64,000 bases of DNA from Eledone cirrhosa (GCA_964016885.1 OZ024740.1:320540001-320604000), one strand, 5' to 3'; shown: positions 1-13,602, counted from the stretch's first letter. Made by a program: numbers and translations. The notes: a model not told the origin generated them from the letters alone.

Positions 1-1655
1 TGCAGAACCGATCCTGACTTGATTTCTATGGCTGGATGCCCTTTCTGATACCAACCACATTTACAGTGTGTACTGGGTGCTTTTTGCCGTCACACCTACA
101 CGACCACTTTACAGTGTGGGCTGGGTGTTTTTTGTCCTGACACCTACACGAATATAAGCCCATACAAATACAAGCCAATACAAATATAAGCCAACCCTAC
201 TATTTTATGTTTGAAAAATGGGCAAAAATCCAAACTTTATTTATGTATAATTTGAACTTGGTGAAAATCATCAAAATATTGACCCCGAATATAAGCTGTA
301 CGCAGTCCCGCGCTTCTTACTTTATTATAGTTTAGATTTATTGCTCAACTTCCCATACAAGCAAACATTGGGGTAGAATTCAATATCTGTCTGAGGACAA
401 ATTCTATTCTAAGTTCAACAAATTATAAATTCTTCTTCTTTTTGAGTCATCCCTCCATCAAAGTTGAAACATTCATTTTGCTTTTTCTAATGGCTAGAAT
501 ATATACAGCACCTCACCTGCATACTCAGATTTCTCTACTAACTGGAGTAGTTGTACCAACCCATTGTTAAATTAATAGTTGGCCATCTACAAAGCCACTG
601 GTGTTCATGACAACGAGGTCATCTAATTAAACTGATGGATGCCACATGAGCTACTGCTTACTATGAGACAAACAGGATTTTTATCAAGGCTTTCTCCTCT
701 AGATCCAACCTGTTCTGCAAGACTATCCTATGATAGCCATATCAGAGGCACCTTGTGAGGATGTGGCTTTTCACTAAGCAGGTATGGTTTTCAAACTGTG
801 AAGGGCTAGGTGCTCAGCTTGAATGAGTATATATATTGTGCATCATTAGTTTGTCTAATTATAAATTAGTTAAAGAAAATGATTCCTTTTTCTAGATCCA
901 AGGACAATTTATGTAAAAGTAGGTGATAGAATAAATGAACACCAGTGTATTACTGCTACAGATTTCATTGACTCCAGAGAAAAGTTGTGTGAAAACTGAA
1001 GTCAGACTAGACAATTTTTGAATTTGGATCATAAAAGGACTAACAATATGGGTGAGGTGGGAAAGTGCCATGGGAGAACACTCTGCATACTAGATTCACA
1101 TACGGTCGAGTCTCACATATGTAATACAGTGGGTTAAAAAACTTTGATTAACTTTTTTTTTTAAATGTTTAAACTCCCTCTAAAACTGTTTAAAATATAA
1201 AATCCTGCACTGGAGATAACTACAATACAATCAAATAATTGAAACTTTTAGAAAATAAAAATGTTGCAGTTGGGATTGGACTGTCTTTAAAGCCAACTAG
1301 TAAAGATAATGCACGTTTCAGTCTTATTAAACCTCTTTAGTTGGCAAGACTTAGAAGTGATCTGTATATATAGAAATAGAAGGAATGTAGTAACACAGAT
1401 TATGAATATCAACAATATGGCCATGAGAGAGTACTTCAGTGTTCTGCTTACTAAATAAACATTTAGGATAAGAACCATTAAACTAGGTTAGGTTGGTGCC
1501 ATTTATGTTGCTGTAAAATTGATTAATCCCCATCATTTTCGTCCACTTACCATGCATACATGGTAAATTATAGCAAAAATATAATATTGCAGGTATTACA
1601 CTATAGTGATAATTGCTGATTTAGTCATTTTTTCAAGAAAAGCCTTAACATTTAA

Positions 1656-1863
1656 CCCTTTAGCATTTACATTACTCTATATATACTTTTGTATTTTCAT
1701 GGTAAATACTTTATCCCACATAATATCGAATCAGCAGGAATTTGATATTATTTATTTTGAGAACAATACCTTAACATAATTATGAGCAGCTGGTTATGGT
1801 CAGTTTGAACAGAAAGAGGTGAAAGAATTCTGGCTGGATACAGCCAATTTAAATGCTAAAGGG
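1656..1863 (+). mobile_element. piggyBac-type MITE (208 bp)
   Basis: TTAA|CCCTTTAGCATTTA ... TAAATGCTAAAGGG|TTAA; six related copies in the window. Confidence 0.85.
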
Positions 1864-2506
1864 TTAAATACATACATAGTGTCTAATTTTCTAAGATTTG
1901 ACCTCACTGATGTTATTATAGCTGTTGTTTGACCCTTAAGATAGTGTTGACAGAGGAAAACCTATGATTAAAAGCATTCCAGTCCTGAGCTTTCGATCTT
2001 TCACTCGAGCATTTCATATCTAGGATTACATTATTCATTGTATATCTTTCTTTTCAATTTGGTAGGGTGTAAGTTGGGAGAAATCTAGCTGCTATTTCTA
2101 GCAGTTCAAGCTCTTTTACTGCCTTTGACAAGTATATGTATCATCATCATGACCACCATCTAACACCTATCTTCAATACTTGCATGGGTTAGATAGGCTG
2201 TAATATATCAAAGCCCGACTGGTCAGGTAACTATATCTTGCTTGAACATTCATTCAGGACTGGGTTCTATGGCTGGATACCCTTCCTAATGCCAACTTAC
2301 TGTTAGCTCAAATATAGTGTGTAAGAGAAAAAAACAGTGCTGGTATAGGAATGTGTGTGAGTGCATGTGTGTGTGTATGTGTGCATGCGTGTATGGTATT
2401 TATGGTAGAAAAAGAATTGTTACCAACTTCCTCAAGTATGACTGAAATTCAATATTTTATTTAGTGAAAGACAGGAATCAAAGAAAAAAATGCAAATTTT
2501 ACTGAC

Positions 2507-2602
2507 CTTCAACTTTTTCCAATATTATTGATATTCGTTCCATACATTGTTGACCAAGGGTAACATATCGATTTAAGACATGTCGTATTAAAACATTGCC
2601 AT
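2507..2602 (-). CDS. VPS9D1: VPS9D1-like coding exon 3 (DGNVLIRHVLNRYVTLGQQCMERISIILEKVE)
   Basis: ttattttgctAG acceptor and G|GTCAGT donor; 96 nt, phase 1 to 1. LGQQCMERI matches VPS9D1 LAQQCLERA. The gene continues left of the window. Confidence 0.8.
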
Positions 2603-2822
2603 CTAGCAAAATAAAAGAGAAATGGAATTAACAATGACATATAGTGGAAGCTGCTTATTGTGATTACTTTAGGGAAAAGCCATTTTAATAACAATAACTG
2701 GCTGATAACATTAAACAGAAGATATAACAATATCTGCTGATTTGATTCTAATAAGCAGATAATTCATTTGGATTATATAATGTTTGCAATAAAAAAAGAA
2801 AAAGAGAATATATATATATATA

Positions 2823-4480
2823 TCTAATATATATTTGTGAAATGGGTGGTGGTTGAAATTCAGATGTGCACGGTTAAATGGTAGTAGACGTGGTCAGACT
2901 GACATGAAAATTTACACACCTATGTAAAAAGTACCAAGGAAGCAAATAGACAAGGTTTCAAATCTCTAACTTGAAAAATGTGGTCCCTGGGGCCCCAAAA
3001 CTATCGCGTTCGGTAAGTTATTTCCCCCTGTTCTAATACTTTTGTCTTATTTACAATTTCATACAAATAAAGCAGTAAATAAAGGATTATGAGTTCATGC
3101 AATTGACTTATGTTTCGTCACTATATATATATATAATATGAAAACGCTTTAATAAAAAAAAATATCAACTGTAATGTATGTATGCATGTATTTATGTGTT
3201 TATATGAGCGGGGATATGCAAGTAAATCTTACTTTGTGGACAGCTTATCCTTAGCATAATATTCATGCTAGAACAGCATATATTTGAAAGTTTTCAGGGA
3301 GTTGAATTACTGATTTTGGATCGGCAGCTTTAGGTTTGAAAAAATGAAATGTGTAGTGTAAACATTTTTTATTATTCCTCCAGGGATGAATCTTCTCTGC
3401 CTTTTTCCATCTCTTTCTTTCTCTCTGGAAGAAATCAGCCGTAGTAAGACCTAAAAAAATGGTTAGATACACCATGACGCACCGTGCATCACGGTGGAGT
3501 TGAAAAGCAGACTCAGAACATGGCGTTGTGTGGGGGTGGCTCGCAGCCCAATGTTCCAGGGAGAGCAAAAGAAGAAGAAGAAGAAGAAGATGTGAGCTGG
3601 AGTCCTATCAAATATGTAAGTTGTGTCTTAAATTGAAGGTTTAGTAGAAACAATTCATGTATAGTTTTGTACTTTTCTTTATGTCATTCATATATAAACA
3701 AATCTACTATATAAATTGGAAGTGGTCGGACGTTGTATATGTAGGTGTAGTCGGTAAACGTCGAAACGGCTTGGTGGAATGCAGCGAAAATTTACACAGT
3801 TATGCAGAATGACTTGAGGAGGCGTTGGGCCGACTTTCAAGCTACAAGCTTCCATGGTTACGGAGAAAATCGATGAAACAGGAATTTCCCATTCAAATTG
3901 AACTGAGAGTAATCTGAACGCAGAAGTAATTATTTCAAGAAACATTGCAACCGAACAAAAACAGGAAGACGATATTTTGGTTCGTGAAGACGTTCCCTGG
4001 CAATGAACGGGAAAAAAGCAAGGATAATACATCATTATGTGGAGCGTGAAGAACAATTTCATGCAAAGACAAGACCAAGTTTATGGTATAAATGGAGTCG
4101 TTAGACTAATATTCTATTTAAAATAACAGAATGATTTCCAGCCCCGGAGTTTAAGAATGATGTAAATAAAATTGAAAACGAAAATGACAGAGGTTATTAA
4201 AATAGTAAAAGTAAATAGTGAAGATTTAGGCCAGTACATACGTATGCCCCGACGGACATACACATACATACGCACACACAAATACATACACACCCACACA
4301 CGAATGCACGCGCGTATATATAAACCTTATGCATTCTTACAGTATTTTCACCAAACTTAAGACATAGGTTACTTATGTACTCCGGATGGTCATGGGCACT
4401 GTCATTTCTCCAGATATTGATTATAAATGGTATACACAACTGCTATTTAATATCCGAGCAACGCCGGGTACCTCTGCTAG
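2823..4480 (+). mobile_element. Non-autonomous Helitron-like element (5' boundary tentative)
   Basis: 3' hairpin ccgagcaacgccggg followed by CTAG|T at 4477-4481; candidate 5' end A|TCTAATATATAT at 2823. Confidence 0.55.
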
Positions 4481-4493
4481 TATATATATATAT

Positions 4494-4671
4494 ATATATT
4501 TGAAAAAAGGAAAAGAATGACTTCACTTGTAGCGTTAAAAAATTTTTTGGATTTAATTTTATATTATAATATTATGATCTACCAACTCAATATTATAATA
4601 TTATAAAATTAAATCAAAAAAATTTTTTAACACTACAAGTGAAGTCATTCTTTTCCTTTTTTTCAAATATA
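4494..4671. repeat. Near-perfect foldback, ~80-bp arms
   Basis: ttgaaaaaaggaaaagaatgacttcacttgtag.. versus ..ctacaagtgaagtcattcttttcctttttttcaa. Confidence 0.9.
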
Positions 4672-4882
4672 CCTAACTGTACCAAGGATCTCACACATTT
4701 TCCAATATATATATATATATTTCTGGTCCAGAAATAGACGTCGAAACGGCTTGAGCTCTGCCGTCGGGGTCATACTTTTTCCTATTTCCCACTCTACTAC
4801 CCTAAGTATTGAGTACTCTGGTGCGTTATGGTCCATCTGGTTCCTTACCACAATTCCTTTGTTATATATATATATATATATA

Positions 4883-6600
4883 TAGCCTTTGTCGACTTGG
4901 AGAAAGCCTTCGACAGAGTCCCCCGTTCCATTATCTGGTGGGCTCTTAGAAAACTAGGTGTTGACGAATGGCTTGTGAGAGCTATACAAGCCATGTATAA
5001 AGAAACAGTGAGCAAGGTTAGAATTAACAACGAATATAGTGAAGAGTTTAGCGTAAAAGTTGGTGTCCATCAGGGCTCTGTTCTTAGCCCCCTACTATTC
5101 ATTATTGCTCTCCAAGCTATAACAGAGGAGTTCAAGACCGGCTGCCCATGGGAACTCCTATACGCAGATGACCTAACGCTCATAGCTGAATCAATGGCCG
5201 AGCTAGAGAAGAAATTCCAAACATGGAAGCACGGCCTAGAATCAAAAGGCCTTAAAATTAACATGGCTAAGACTAAAGTTCTAGTTTGTAGGAAAGAAAA
5301 TAAGGCGCCGGTCCCTTCCGGGAAATGGCCATGCTCAGTGTGTAGGAAAGGCGTAGGTAGAAACTCCATTTTATGTCCCAAATGCAAAGTATGGGTGCAT
5401 AAAAGATGTAGTGGGATCACAGGTAAGCTAACTAAGAACACAGATTTTACATGTGGCCGGTGCTCTGGTGCAATAAGTAGCAGCAAGTGCCCACAAAATA
5501 CTAGCTCTTTCAACTGCGCAGAGGGTTCTATTGAAATAGTGGACAGCTTCCGTTACCTGGGTGACAAAATCAGCAGTGGGGGAGGGTGCTCCGAAAGTAC
5601 AGTAGCTAGAGTCAGAACTGGATGGAAAAAGTTCAGAGAGCTTATACCACTATTAGCCGCTAAAGGGTTCTCCCTAAAAGTGAAAGGCAGGTTGTATGAT
5701 GCCTGCATACGAACAGCAATGTTGCATGGCAGTGAGACCTGGGCATTGTGTGCAGAGGATATACGCAGACTAGAGAGGAACGAAGCTTGCATGCTCCGCT
5801 GGATGTGTAATAGTAATATACGCGAACGGCAAAGCATAAACAAACTAAGGAAAAAATTAGAAATAAGAGGGATCAGATGTTGTTTACTTGAGAGAAGGCT
5901 ACGTTGGTATGGTCACGTGATGCGCATGAAAGACGACAGCTGTATAACAAAGTGCAGGGCAATAAAGATAGACGGTAGCCACGGAGTAGGCAGACCCAGA
6001 AAAACCTGGGACGAGCTGATAAATTCCGACCTCACACACTTACAATGTCACTGGACCAAGAGCTTTGGCGGTACTCAGTAATAGAGAAGACCCGCGTTAC
6101 CTAAATACAAAGTAAAACCTACTACAGCCAGTAGGCATCTCTAACAAAATACACCCCCGTCCCACCACCCCCACCCCATCCACACCGCCCCTTTCAATGT
6201 AAAGTTATGTTGGTGCCACAAAATCCAGGCCGAAACAAATGAGATCGTGTAGGTATCACGACAAAAAAAACACACAGTCCACGCTGTAATGTGGCCGTGT
6301 AGGCAACACGGTAAAAACCTCCCAGACCCACACTGTAAATGTGGTTGGTGTTAGGAAGGGCATCCAGCTGTAGAAAACCCGCCAGACAGTCCACGCTGTA
6401 ATGTGGCCGTGTAGGCAACACGGTAAAAACCTCCCAGACCCACACTGTAAATGTGGTTGGTGTTAGGAAGGGCATCCAACTGTAGAAAACCCGCCAGACA
6501 GTCCTATGCGAGCAAGACAACCACTCTTGCCTTAAGTGGGAAAACTCCCATCCAAACCCATGCAAGCGTGGAACACGGACGTTAAACGATGATGATGATG
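4883..6600 (+). mobile_element. 5'-truncated RTE-clade LINE: RT with PHD-like Cys cluster, long 3'UTR and (GAT)n tail
   Basis: ORF with FVDLEKAFDRVP, GVHQGSVLSP, LLYADDL, CSVC..CPKCKVWVHKRC and RLRWYGHV..GRPRKTW. Ends ggacgttaaacgatgatgatgat; 5' end abuts (TA)n. Confidence 0.92.
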
Positions 6601-6767
6601 ATATATACTGTAGTAAAAGTTTGGTAGAAATATCCAAGGGTAAGAGCACTCAGACCATAGGATGAGTTTAGTTTCAGCATGTCATCTTTATTTTTCTTAT
6701 GACAGGCTGAATGAGTTGGGGTTCAGAACCCAGCGAAACTTAAGTACCTATTTATGTCACTGCTGTA

Positions 6768-6768
<1 letters not shown>

Positions 6769-6824
<56 letters not shown>

Positions 6825-6937
6825 TGTCTGTGTCTGTGTGTGTTTGTGTGTGTGTGTGTGTCTGTGTGTGTCTGTGTGTGTCTGTGTGTGTCTGTGTGTC
6901 TGTGTCTGTGTGTGTCTGTGTGTCTGTGTGTGTGTGT
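6769..6937. repeat. (TG)n/(TGTC) compound microsatellite
   Basis: Seen directly. Confidence 0.95.
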
Positions 6938-7145
6938 AGGACATCTTATACATATCACTAACATGAGATTTTATTGGCCTGTTAGTGATATGTATAAGAT
7001 ATTCTATATATATGTTTGCTTCTCTAAATAAGATATCATCATCATCGTTTAACGACTATCTTCCACGCTAGCATCTTAAGGATTGAGATGTTATGCATAT
7101 TAATGACAAATTCTAATTGTGTATAATTATATATATATATATATA

Positions 7146-7333
7146 TGAGAAGACCCCCTTTGGTCACGAATGACCATGGGATTTGCACATAGAAAGTTCC
7201 CCTCTGAGGGACAAGTCCGGGCAAGGTTGCTTTGTGGAAGACCAGTAGTCGCCCATATATACCAGCCTCCCCTCTCCATGCCACCGATAATGGCCAATAT
7301 AGCTTGGCAACAGTGACATTGCAACTCATTTCT
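7146..7333 (-). mobile_element. SINE 3' portion (second SINE family; head pieces at about 48995-49075 and 55280-55405)
   Basis: Shares tcatttcta junction with the 49.0 kb piece; head pieces carry aaagtgtcttgctc and B-box-like sequence on the minus strand. Recognised from memory as an octopus-type SINE. Confidence 0.5.
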
Positions 7334-7352
7334 ATATATATATATATATATA

Positions 7353-10170
7353 TTATCATCATCATCATCATCATCATCATTTTCCGTCCACTTTTCTCTG
7401 CTTGCAAGGGTGGGACGGGTCTTCGTCAGCACAGCATCTCTCCATTCGTCACGGCATGGTCCTTCGTCATCTCCTCTGTGAGCTTCAGCTCTCACCACCT
7501 CCACCCATGTTTTTCGTGGTCTTCCTCTACTGTCTTCCTTCCACCGGGATTTCTTGGCACTTCTTCACCCAGCGTTCATCTTCCATGCGCATCACATGGC
7601 CATACCAATGCAGTCATCTTTCCCGCACACTATAGTTTATCGCTCTTATAGTTTCACTCTCAACTTGTCTATGCTTGGTCATTCACGCACATTGACATTG
7701 CACATCCATCAGAGCATGCTTGCTTCATTTCTCTCCAGCCGTCACATATCCTTCGCAGTTGCTACCCATGTCCACTATCATGCAGCGTCGTGCATCTCAC
7801 ATAGTCATCATATAACCGACCTTTCGTTCATAGGGTGAAACCTTTCATTGTCAACAGAGAAAGCAGCTCCCTAAACTTCTTCCATCCTGTCCTTATTCTA
7901 GATACTATGGCCTTGGAGCATCAACCACCTCTATAGATCCTACCTGCATTTGAAAAATGTGCCTATCACTAACACTTCTACTATCAATTTTCCCTGAACA
8001 TCTACTACATATGAAGTTTTCCCTTCCTGTTAGTTTCCCTACTATCCCACTACACCTTTTGTGTACCCAAGATCTGTATTGTGTACATTCTATAGAATTT
8101 ATGCCAACTCCTTTTCTATATATCGAACATGGCCATTTCCCCGATGGAATCAGAGTCTTGTCCTCTTTCTTACTTATCAATAGCTCCTCTACTGATTCTG
8201 CTACAAGTACCAGATCGTCAGCATAGAGAAGTTTCCATGAGCAGCCAGTCTTAAACACCTGTTATGGCTTGGAGAACTATAATGAATAGGAGTGGGCTGA
8301 GGACCAAACTCTGATGAACTCCTACTTGTATCTGGAATTCCTCACTAAACTCCATTCCTACTCTCACTTTACTGATAGCTCACACTGTCCTCACAAGCCA
8401 TTCCTCTAAACCTAGTTTCCTTAGGGACCACCAGATGACTTATCGGGGTACTCTATCAAAGGCCTTCTCTAGGTCAACAAAAGCTAAATATAGTGGCTTA
8501 TTCTTCTCTAAGAACCTTTTTTGTAGTCGTCTCACTAAGAAGAGGGCATCTATTGTACTTTTCCCAGGCACAAAACCAAACTGTATCTCATCTAATTTGA
8601 CTCTTTCTCTAATTAGTTGTGCTAGCACTCTTTCTGTCACTTTTATAACCTGAACCATCAGTTTTATGCCCCTATAATTTCTCCTCTCCAGAGCATCCTC
8701 TTTACCTTTGTAGCAATTTACAAGATATGACTGCCATATATAACTTGATTGACTATGCGTACAACCAGTCTAGTTCCTACTTCTCCTGATGCCTTCAGAA
8801 TCTCAGCAACTATCCCTGATGGTCCAGCGGTTTTACCACTTTTCATTTCCTTAATTGCCTCTTTGACCCTATAGTCGTCAACCTCAATAGCTGGTCCTTG
8901 TGTTGGGTCTGTTGGAGGTAGTTTCTCTCTCTCCCATTCATTCTCAACATTCATCAGTCTCTCATAATGACATTTCCAGGCCTCCTTTTTCTGAGCATCA
9001 GGGACGCTAAGTGCACCAGCATCATTTCAGACACACTTATCTCTAACACCATCCTGATTTACACTGACACACTGCCTTGCAATGCGGAACACCTTACATC
9101 TCTGATGTGAACATTGGCAAACCTCCTACTCTCAGCTTCCTACATGCTAAGTATACCTGACATCTAGCCTCTCTTTTAGCGGCTGAGTATTGGTCTCTAC
9201 TCCCCCCATTTTTCCAATCCTTCCATGCTTGTCTTTTGTCTTTAATGGCTCTATCTACCATGCTGTTCCACCACCAAGTCACTCTCTGTCTGGTTGGAGT
9301 TTTGCTCCAGCCACAAGTCTGTTCAGTTGCTTGCAGTAGGTTGTCGCGTAAGAATTTCCAGTTATCTTCTATATCATATCATTCTAATTCGTCTTCTTTC
9401 TCATCATACACATCTTGAAGGGTTTTCCTAAATTTATATTTAAGTGAAAGATCCTTTAGCTTCCAGACCTTCCTGCGTGTCTCATTTTGTCTCTTGCTTA
9501 TTGAGATGTCACTAATGATTAACCTATGTTGGGGGCACATTCTTCCCTGGGGTATGCCTTTGTATTTGTAATCATCTGTCTGTCTTGTTGCCTAACTAGC
9601 AAGAAGTTAATCTGGCTTATGTGCTCACCTGATTGGTAAGTTATTAGGTGATTATCTGGTTTCTTGAAGTTATTGTTGCAAATGGTTAGTTGACTTGCAT
9701 CACAAAATTCAAGACGCCTCACTCCTTCGTTTCTTGAGCAATAACCATGACCACTATGTACCCCAGTGTATCCATCCTGGAGCTGTCCAACATGACCATT
9801 GAAGTCATCTGCTAGGTCTCTGTCCTCTGTCACAATGGTTGTTTCTAGAAGTTGCTCGCAAAAGCAGTCCTTCTCTCCTTTACCTAGGCCTGCCTGGGGA
9901 GCATAGGTAGAGATGATTGTCAGCAGTCTATTGCCTACAACTAATCTAATCTTAATGATTCTATTACTTACTCTAACTACCTCTATTGTCTTGATCCACT
10001 TCTCAGCCAGTAAAATGCCTACCCCACCTAACCCATTATCATTTCCTACCCAGAAAAGCTTATAGCTAAACTGTTTGCCTGCAATTAGTCTTGCTGAGGT
10101 ACCTCTCCATCTCACCTCTAGCACGCAGCACAAATCCACATGCCAATATTAAGTGTGGCAACCCTGAGAT
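7353..10170 (-). mobile_element. Degenerate near-full-length RTE-clade LINE (APE endonuclease + RT)
   Basis: Fragmented ORFs: EVRWRG..GVGILL..YAPQ..DFNGHVG (APE), QFGFVPGKST, AFVDLEKAFDRVP, LLYADDL, WVHKRC. (GAT)n tail at about 7355-7380. Confidence 0.9.
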
Positions 10171-10569
10171 GTGTCATCTTTCGTTGATTTTTCCTTTTTC
10201 TCTGCAATGAAAATTATTTAGAATCATTATCATCATCATTATTGTTGTTGTTGTTATTGTGCAATTTCTTGACAGTCGCGGGGGGGGGGGGGGGGTCTCA
10301 CACATGGCCGCACTAGCCACCCTACTACCGTGCGCAGCCCTAACATGGTCAGTGTTATTACTGTTTACGCAGTTATTGCAATATTGTATGTTGTGCTCAT
10401 AATTTTGGCATTAATATACTGGTTGGATGCCCTTCCTATCACCAGCAGCACTTTACAGCATGGACTGGGTGCTTTTATTTGTGCCACCAGCATTAGAGAG
10501 TTTGTCTACATATATATGTGTAGCGAAAGTAAGGGAAAGGAGGCAGGGAGTGACAGACTCGACACTTCA

Positions 10570-10960
10570 ATCTTGATATTATATCTCAGCTGCAGCCCAT
10601 GCACATGGGGAAGACATTGCCACAGAGAACAATCAGTAACATCTACATCAGCCACAACACCTCATATGAAACTGCTTCCAATTTTGCAGAAGAAAACAGC
10701 AGTTTGATGCCTGAGAATATCAGAGGTCTAAACAGTGACCAGCATATACAGGAAGCAGTCAGTCAAGTCCCAGTATTTGGCTACCTTCCACACCTCTGCG
10801 TTATGAGCGGCAGTGCCCATGTCTGTGACCGAAATAATATGGTTGAAGGCAGAGAATGTGAACAGCATTTTAAATGAAGAGCTTCAGACCCACTAAATCT
10901 GATAACATTATCTCTGATTATAATAAAAGGCTTCCTCTCTAATCGTACACTCATAAACAT
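10570..10960 (+). mobile_element. Possible highly degraded Penelope-like GIY-YIG region
   Basis: Weak motif resemblance across frames (CxPC..C, NTSYETASNF..NSSLM, PVFGYL, RECEQHF). Not decisive. Confidence 0.3.
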
Positions 10961-11349
10961 ACATCAATACTGCCAGCTACACAAACCAACTTAGCACACC
11001 AGTATCTCCACTCCCAGCAACAACATACAATTCCACCACAATTATCATACACCTACTATGTCTCTGTAACTAACACACTTTGCCTTTGATCCTCTTTGTG
11101 ATTACAAGCAAAACATTAGTAGTAGAGGTTGGATTTAAAATTTAAACAAAGAGTATGTATGTGTGTAAATGCATGATGTCCGAACGAGTATCCTCCACCT
11201 CCAACTAACTTACTCTTAATCCCAGCCGACAGGATGGAGAATAAAGTTTGTGTAGTGGTTCACTTGAACATTTAGATAATAGCTGGAGCTTTGATATGAA
11301 TAATTAGATAATGTTTAATTTATTCTAAATTGTGAAACCCACAAATTTT

Positions 11350-11660
11350 GATGACATCATCATCACCAGGTGCCAGGTCTGTTCCAGACATTGGACATGG
11401 CTTTCCAGTCCTTCCTGGATGAGGTTGCTCTTTCTCATCATATTTTTGTTAACATATTTGTTCAGGCTGTCTGTAAATATCATTCTTTGTCTTCCTTGTC
11501 TCCTCTTTCCACTGATCTTGATAACAACCACAAATCAATAACATTATCCTTGATAAACAGCTTTCTTTGTACTAATAATGTTAGTGAGAAGCTAGACTTC
11601 TTATGTAGCAGATTCATAGGAGTGTTTAACAGTAAGAGTATATAAGAATTATATTCCTTC
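11350..11660 (-). mobile_element. Degraded RTE LINE C-terminal fragment
   Basis: KISGKRRQGRQRMIFTDSL motif and a short (GAT)n tail. Confidence 0.55.
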
Positions 11661-13529
11661 AAATCCTCAGAAGGCTCTCTAGAAGAAGTTGATAGCTTTT
11701 GTTACCTGTAATGTAGTAGTAATACTGGTGCCATGACAAAAAGCACTCAGTCCACCCTGTAAGGTAGTAGTGCGGTGCCACGTCAAAAAAGCACTCAGTC
11801 CATCCTATAATAGATCATAAGAGCAAGACATAGTCACCTTACCTGTATACAGATATGTTGAAGCTAAATTTTAATTCTACTTTTAAGTTGAGCCAACTTA
11901 TAGAGCTTCCTGTGCATATGAGGCTAATCAGTTCACCTACACAGGTGAAAATGCTATATATTCTTACCTGTTTTCAAGTTCCAGCAGAAAGCAGGGAAGC
12001 ACTGTCCCGATGAGAGCTATTAACTCGAAATGTGCATAGACAGTTATCCCTCACTGCTTCTGTTGGAATCTGCTAGATGGTGCTGGCCATCAGCCTTTCA
12101 ATATTCATAGCTGGGCTTTCAAAATGTTTATTTATGAAACACCATATATCTTTAGATAAACGAATTTCACATACACTCATATATATATATATAATTGTTT
12201 CTACTTTAGGCACAAGTCCAGCAATTACCCAGTGCATTACTGGTACTTTATTTTATCGACCCCGTAAGGATCGGCGGGATTTGAACTCAGATCGTAAAGG
12301 GACGTAACTATGCTGGAAAGCATGGCATCCGACCCTCTACTGATACTGCCAATCCACCGCCCTCTATATATATATATAATGAAATTGAAGAGCAGATAAC
12401 AGGTTTTACATCATCAAATGGCTTACATCAGCGCTTATTGTTTTGATGGGAAAATTAATAAATATTAAAAACCATTATTGGGGTTTTCAAATTTTTTTGC
12501 AATGTCATAGATGTCACAGCAATATTTTCTAAAATGATTAACAAAGTCTTTTTGATCCAATCAAAAAACAAAATTTAGATCTATCTTGATAATATTTATA
12601 TTGATAACAACATAATTGAGATAAGCAGACAGACAGATTACAGAGAGAAAGATATATATAGACTCACACACACACAGCAGGTACTAATGATAAAATCAAA
12701 CTTCCACTTCATAGAGTATATAAAAAAACCCTATGCTGCAATGTCATGGTGACAAGTCTTTTGATACTGTAATAATACTGTAAACAAATTCAAACCTATT
12801 TACAAGATTCTTGAATTTATTTTTATGTCTGTTTTTAGCAAATTTCAAATTTTAATTTCCTTATACAAGTAGTCAATGTCTGAATGTTAAATATTTTTAG
12901 ACAAACATGTATACAGAATCATATCATTACTAGTTTTACATCCATTTTTTCCCATGCATCATGATATTTCTTGGGTTGCCTTGCTATTATCTTTTTAATA
13001 GCTCAATATACTAAGACCAGCTTCCATTATTTCTGTCCATGTCTTCCTTAGTTTTCTTCCAAAGTTTCCAGTCACTTGGATGCCCTGACACTTCTTTACC
13101 CAAGTTTCACCATCCATATGTATTACATGTTCATACCAGTAGAGATCTTTCTCTCTTACACACTACATCTGATTCCTCTTATATATATAGTCATTACAAT
13201 GTTTATCTCTCTCTCTCTCCCAAGCTACTGAGCATTAGTTGCAGAGAGCTACATATTAAAATATAAACAAGATTGTTAAAGGCAGAATTATCAACACTGT
13301 TTAATGTCCTTTTCCCACACTAGCATGGATCAGACAAATTATCCCATTTGAGACAAGTCAGATCAGTTGAACAAGTCTTGCTCATACAGAATATGTGCAT
13401 AATTACATATGTGTACATGTTTTTTGTGTCTATACATGTGCTGTATGCAATATACATGCCTACATGTTTGCCATGTAAACTCCCATTCAGACTCGTATGT
13501 TACATAATAAAATATACCAAGTGTTTTAC

Positions 13530-13602
13530 CTGTATTTGTAAAGCTAAGCGAAAGTTTGTTGGCAATGGACATCATACATTCTACATACTTTCCATAGGCT
13601 TC
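13530..13602 (-). CDS. VPS9D1: VPS9D1-like coding exon 2 (EAYGKYVECMMSIANKLSLSFTNT)
   Basis: cttttcattacAG acceptor and G|GTAAAA donor; 73 nt, phase 0 to 1. Similar to human EAYTEYLRSIHYISQVL as recalled. Confidence 0.8.

Noticed and set aside
5070-5843. Antisense ORFs over LINE coding regions (also at 31753, 39508, 42208, 57136)
   Set aside because: Shadow frames of retroelement ORFs with no independent support.
6662-7031. Poly-CV / poly-HT ORFs and similar short ORFs over CA, GA, GAA and GAT repeats
   Set aside because: Microsatellite translations.
11968-12115. Minus-strand frame interrupted only by TGA codons (selenoprotein-like readthrough)
   Set aside because: No recognisable selenoprotein motif or SECIS, and it is out of frame with VPS9D1 exon 2.
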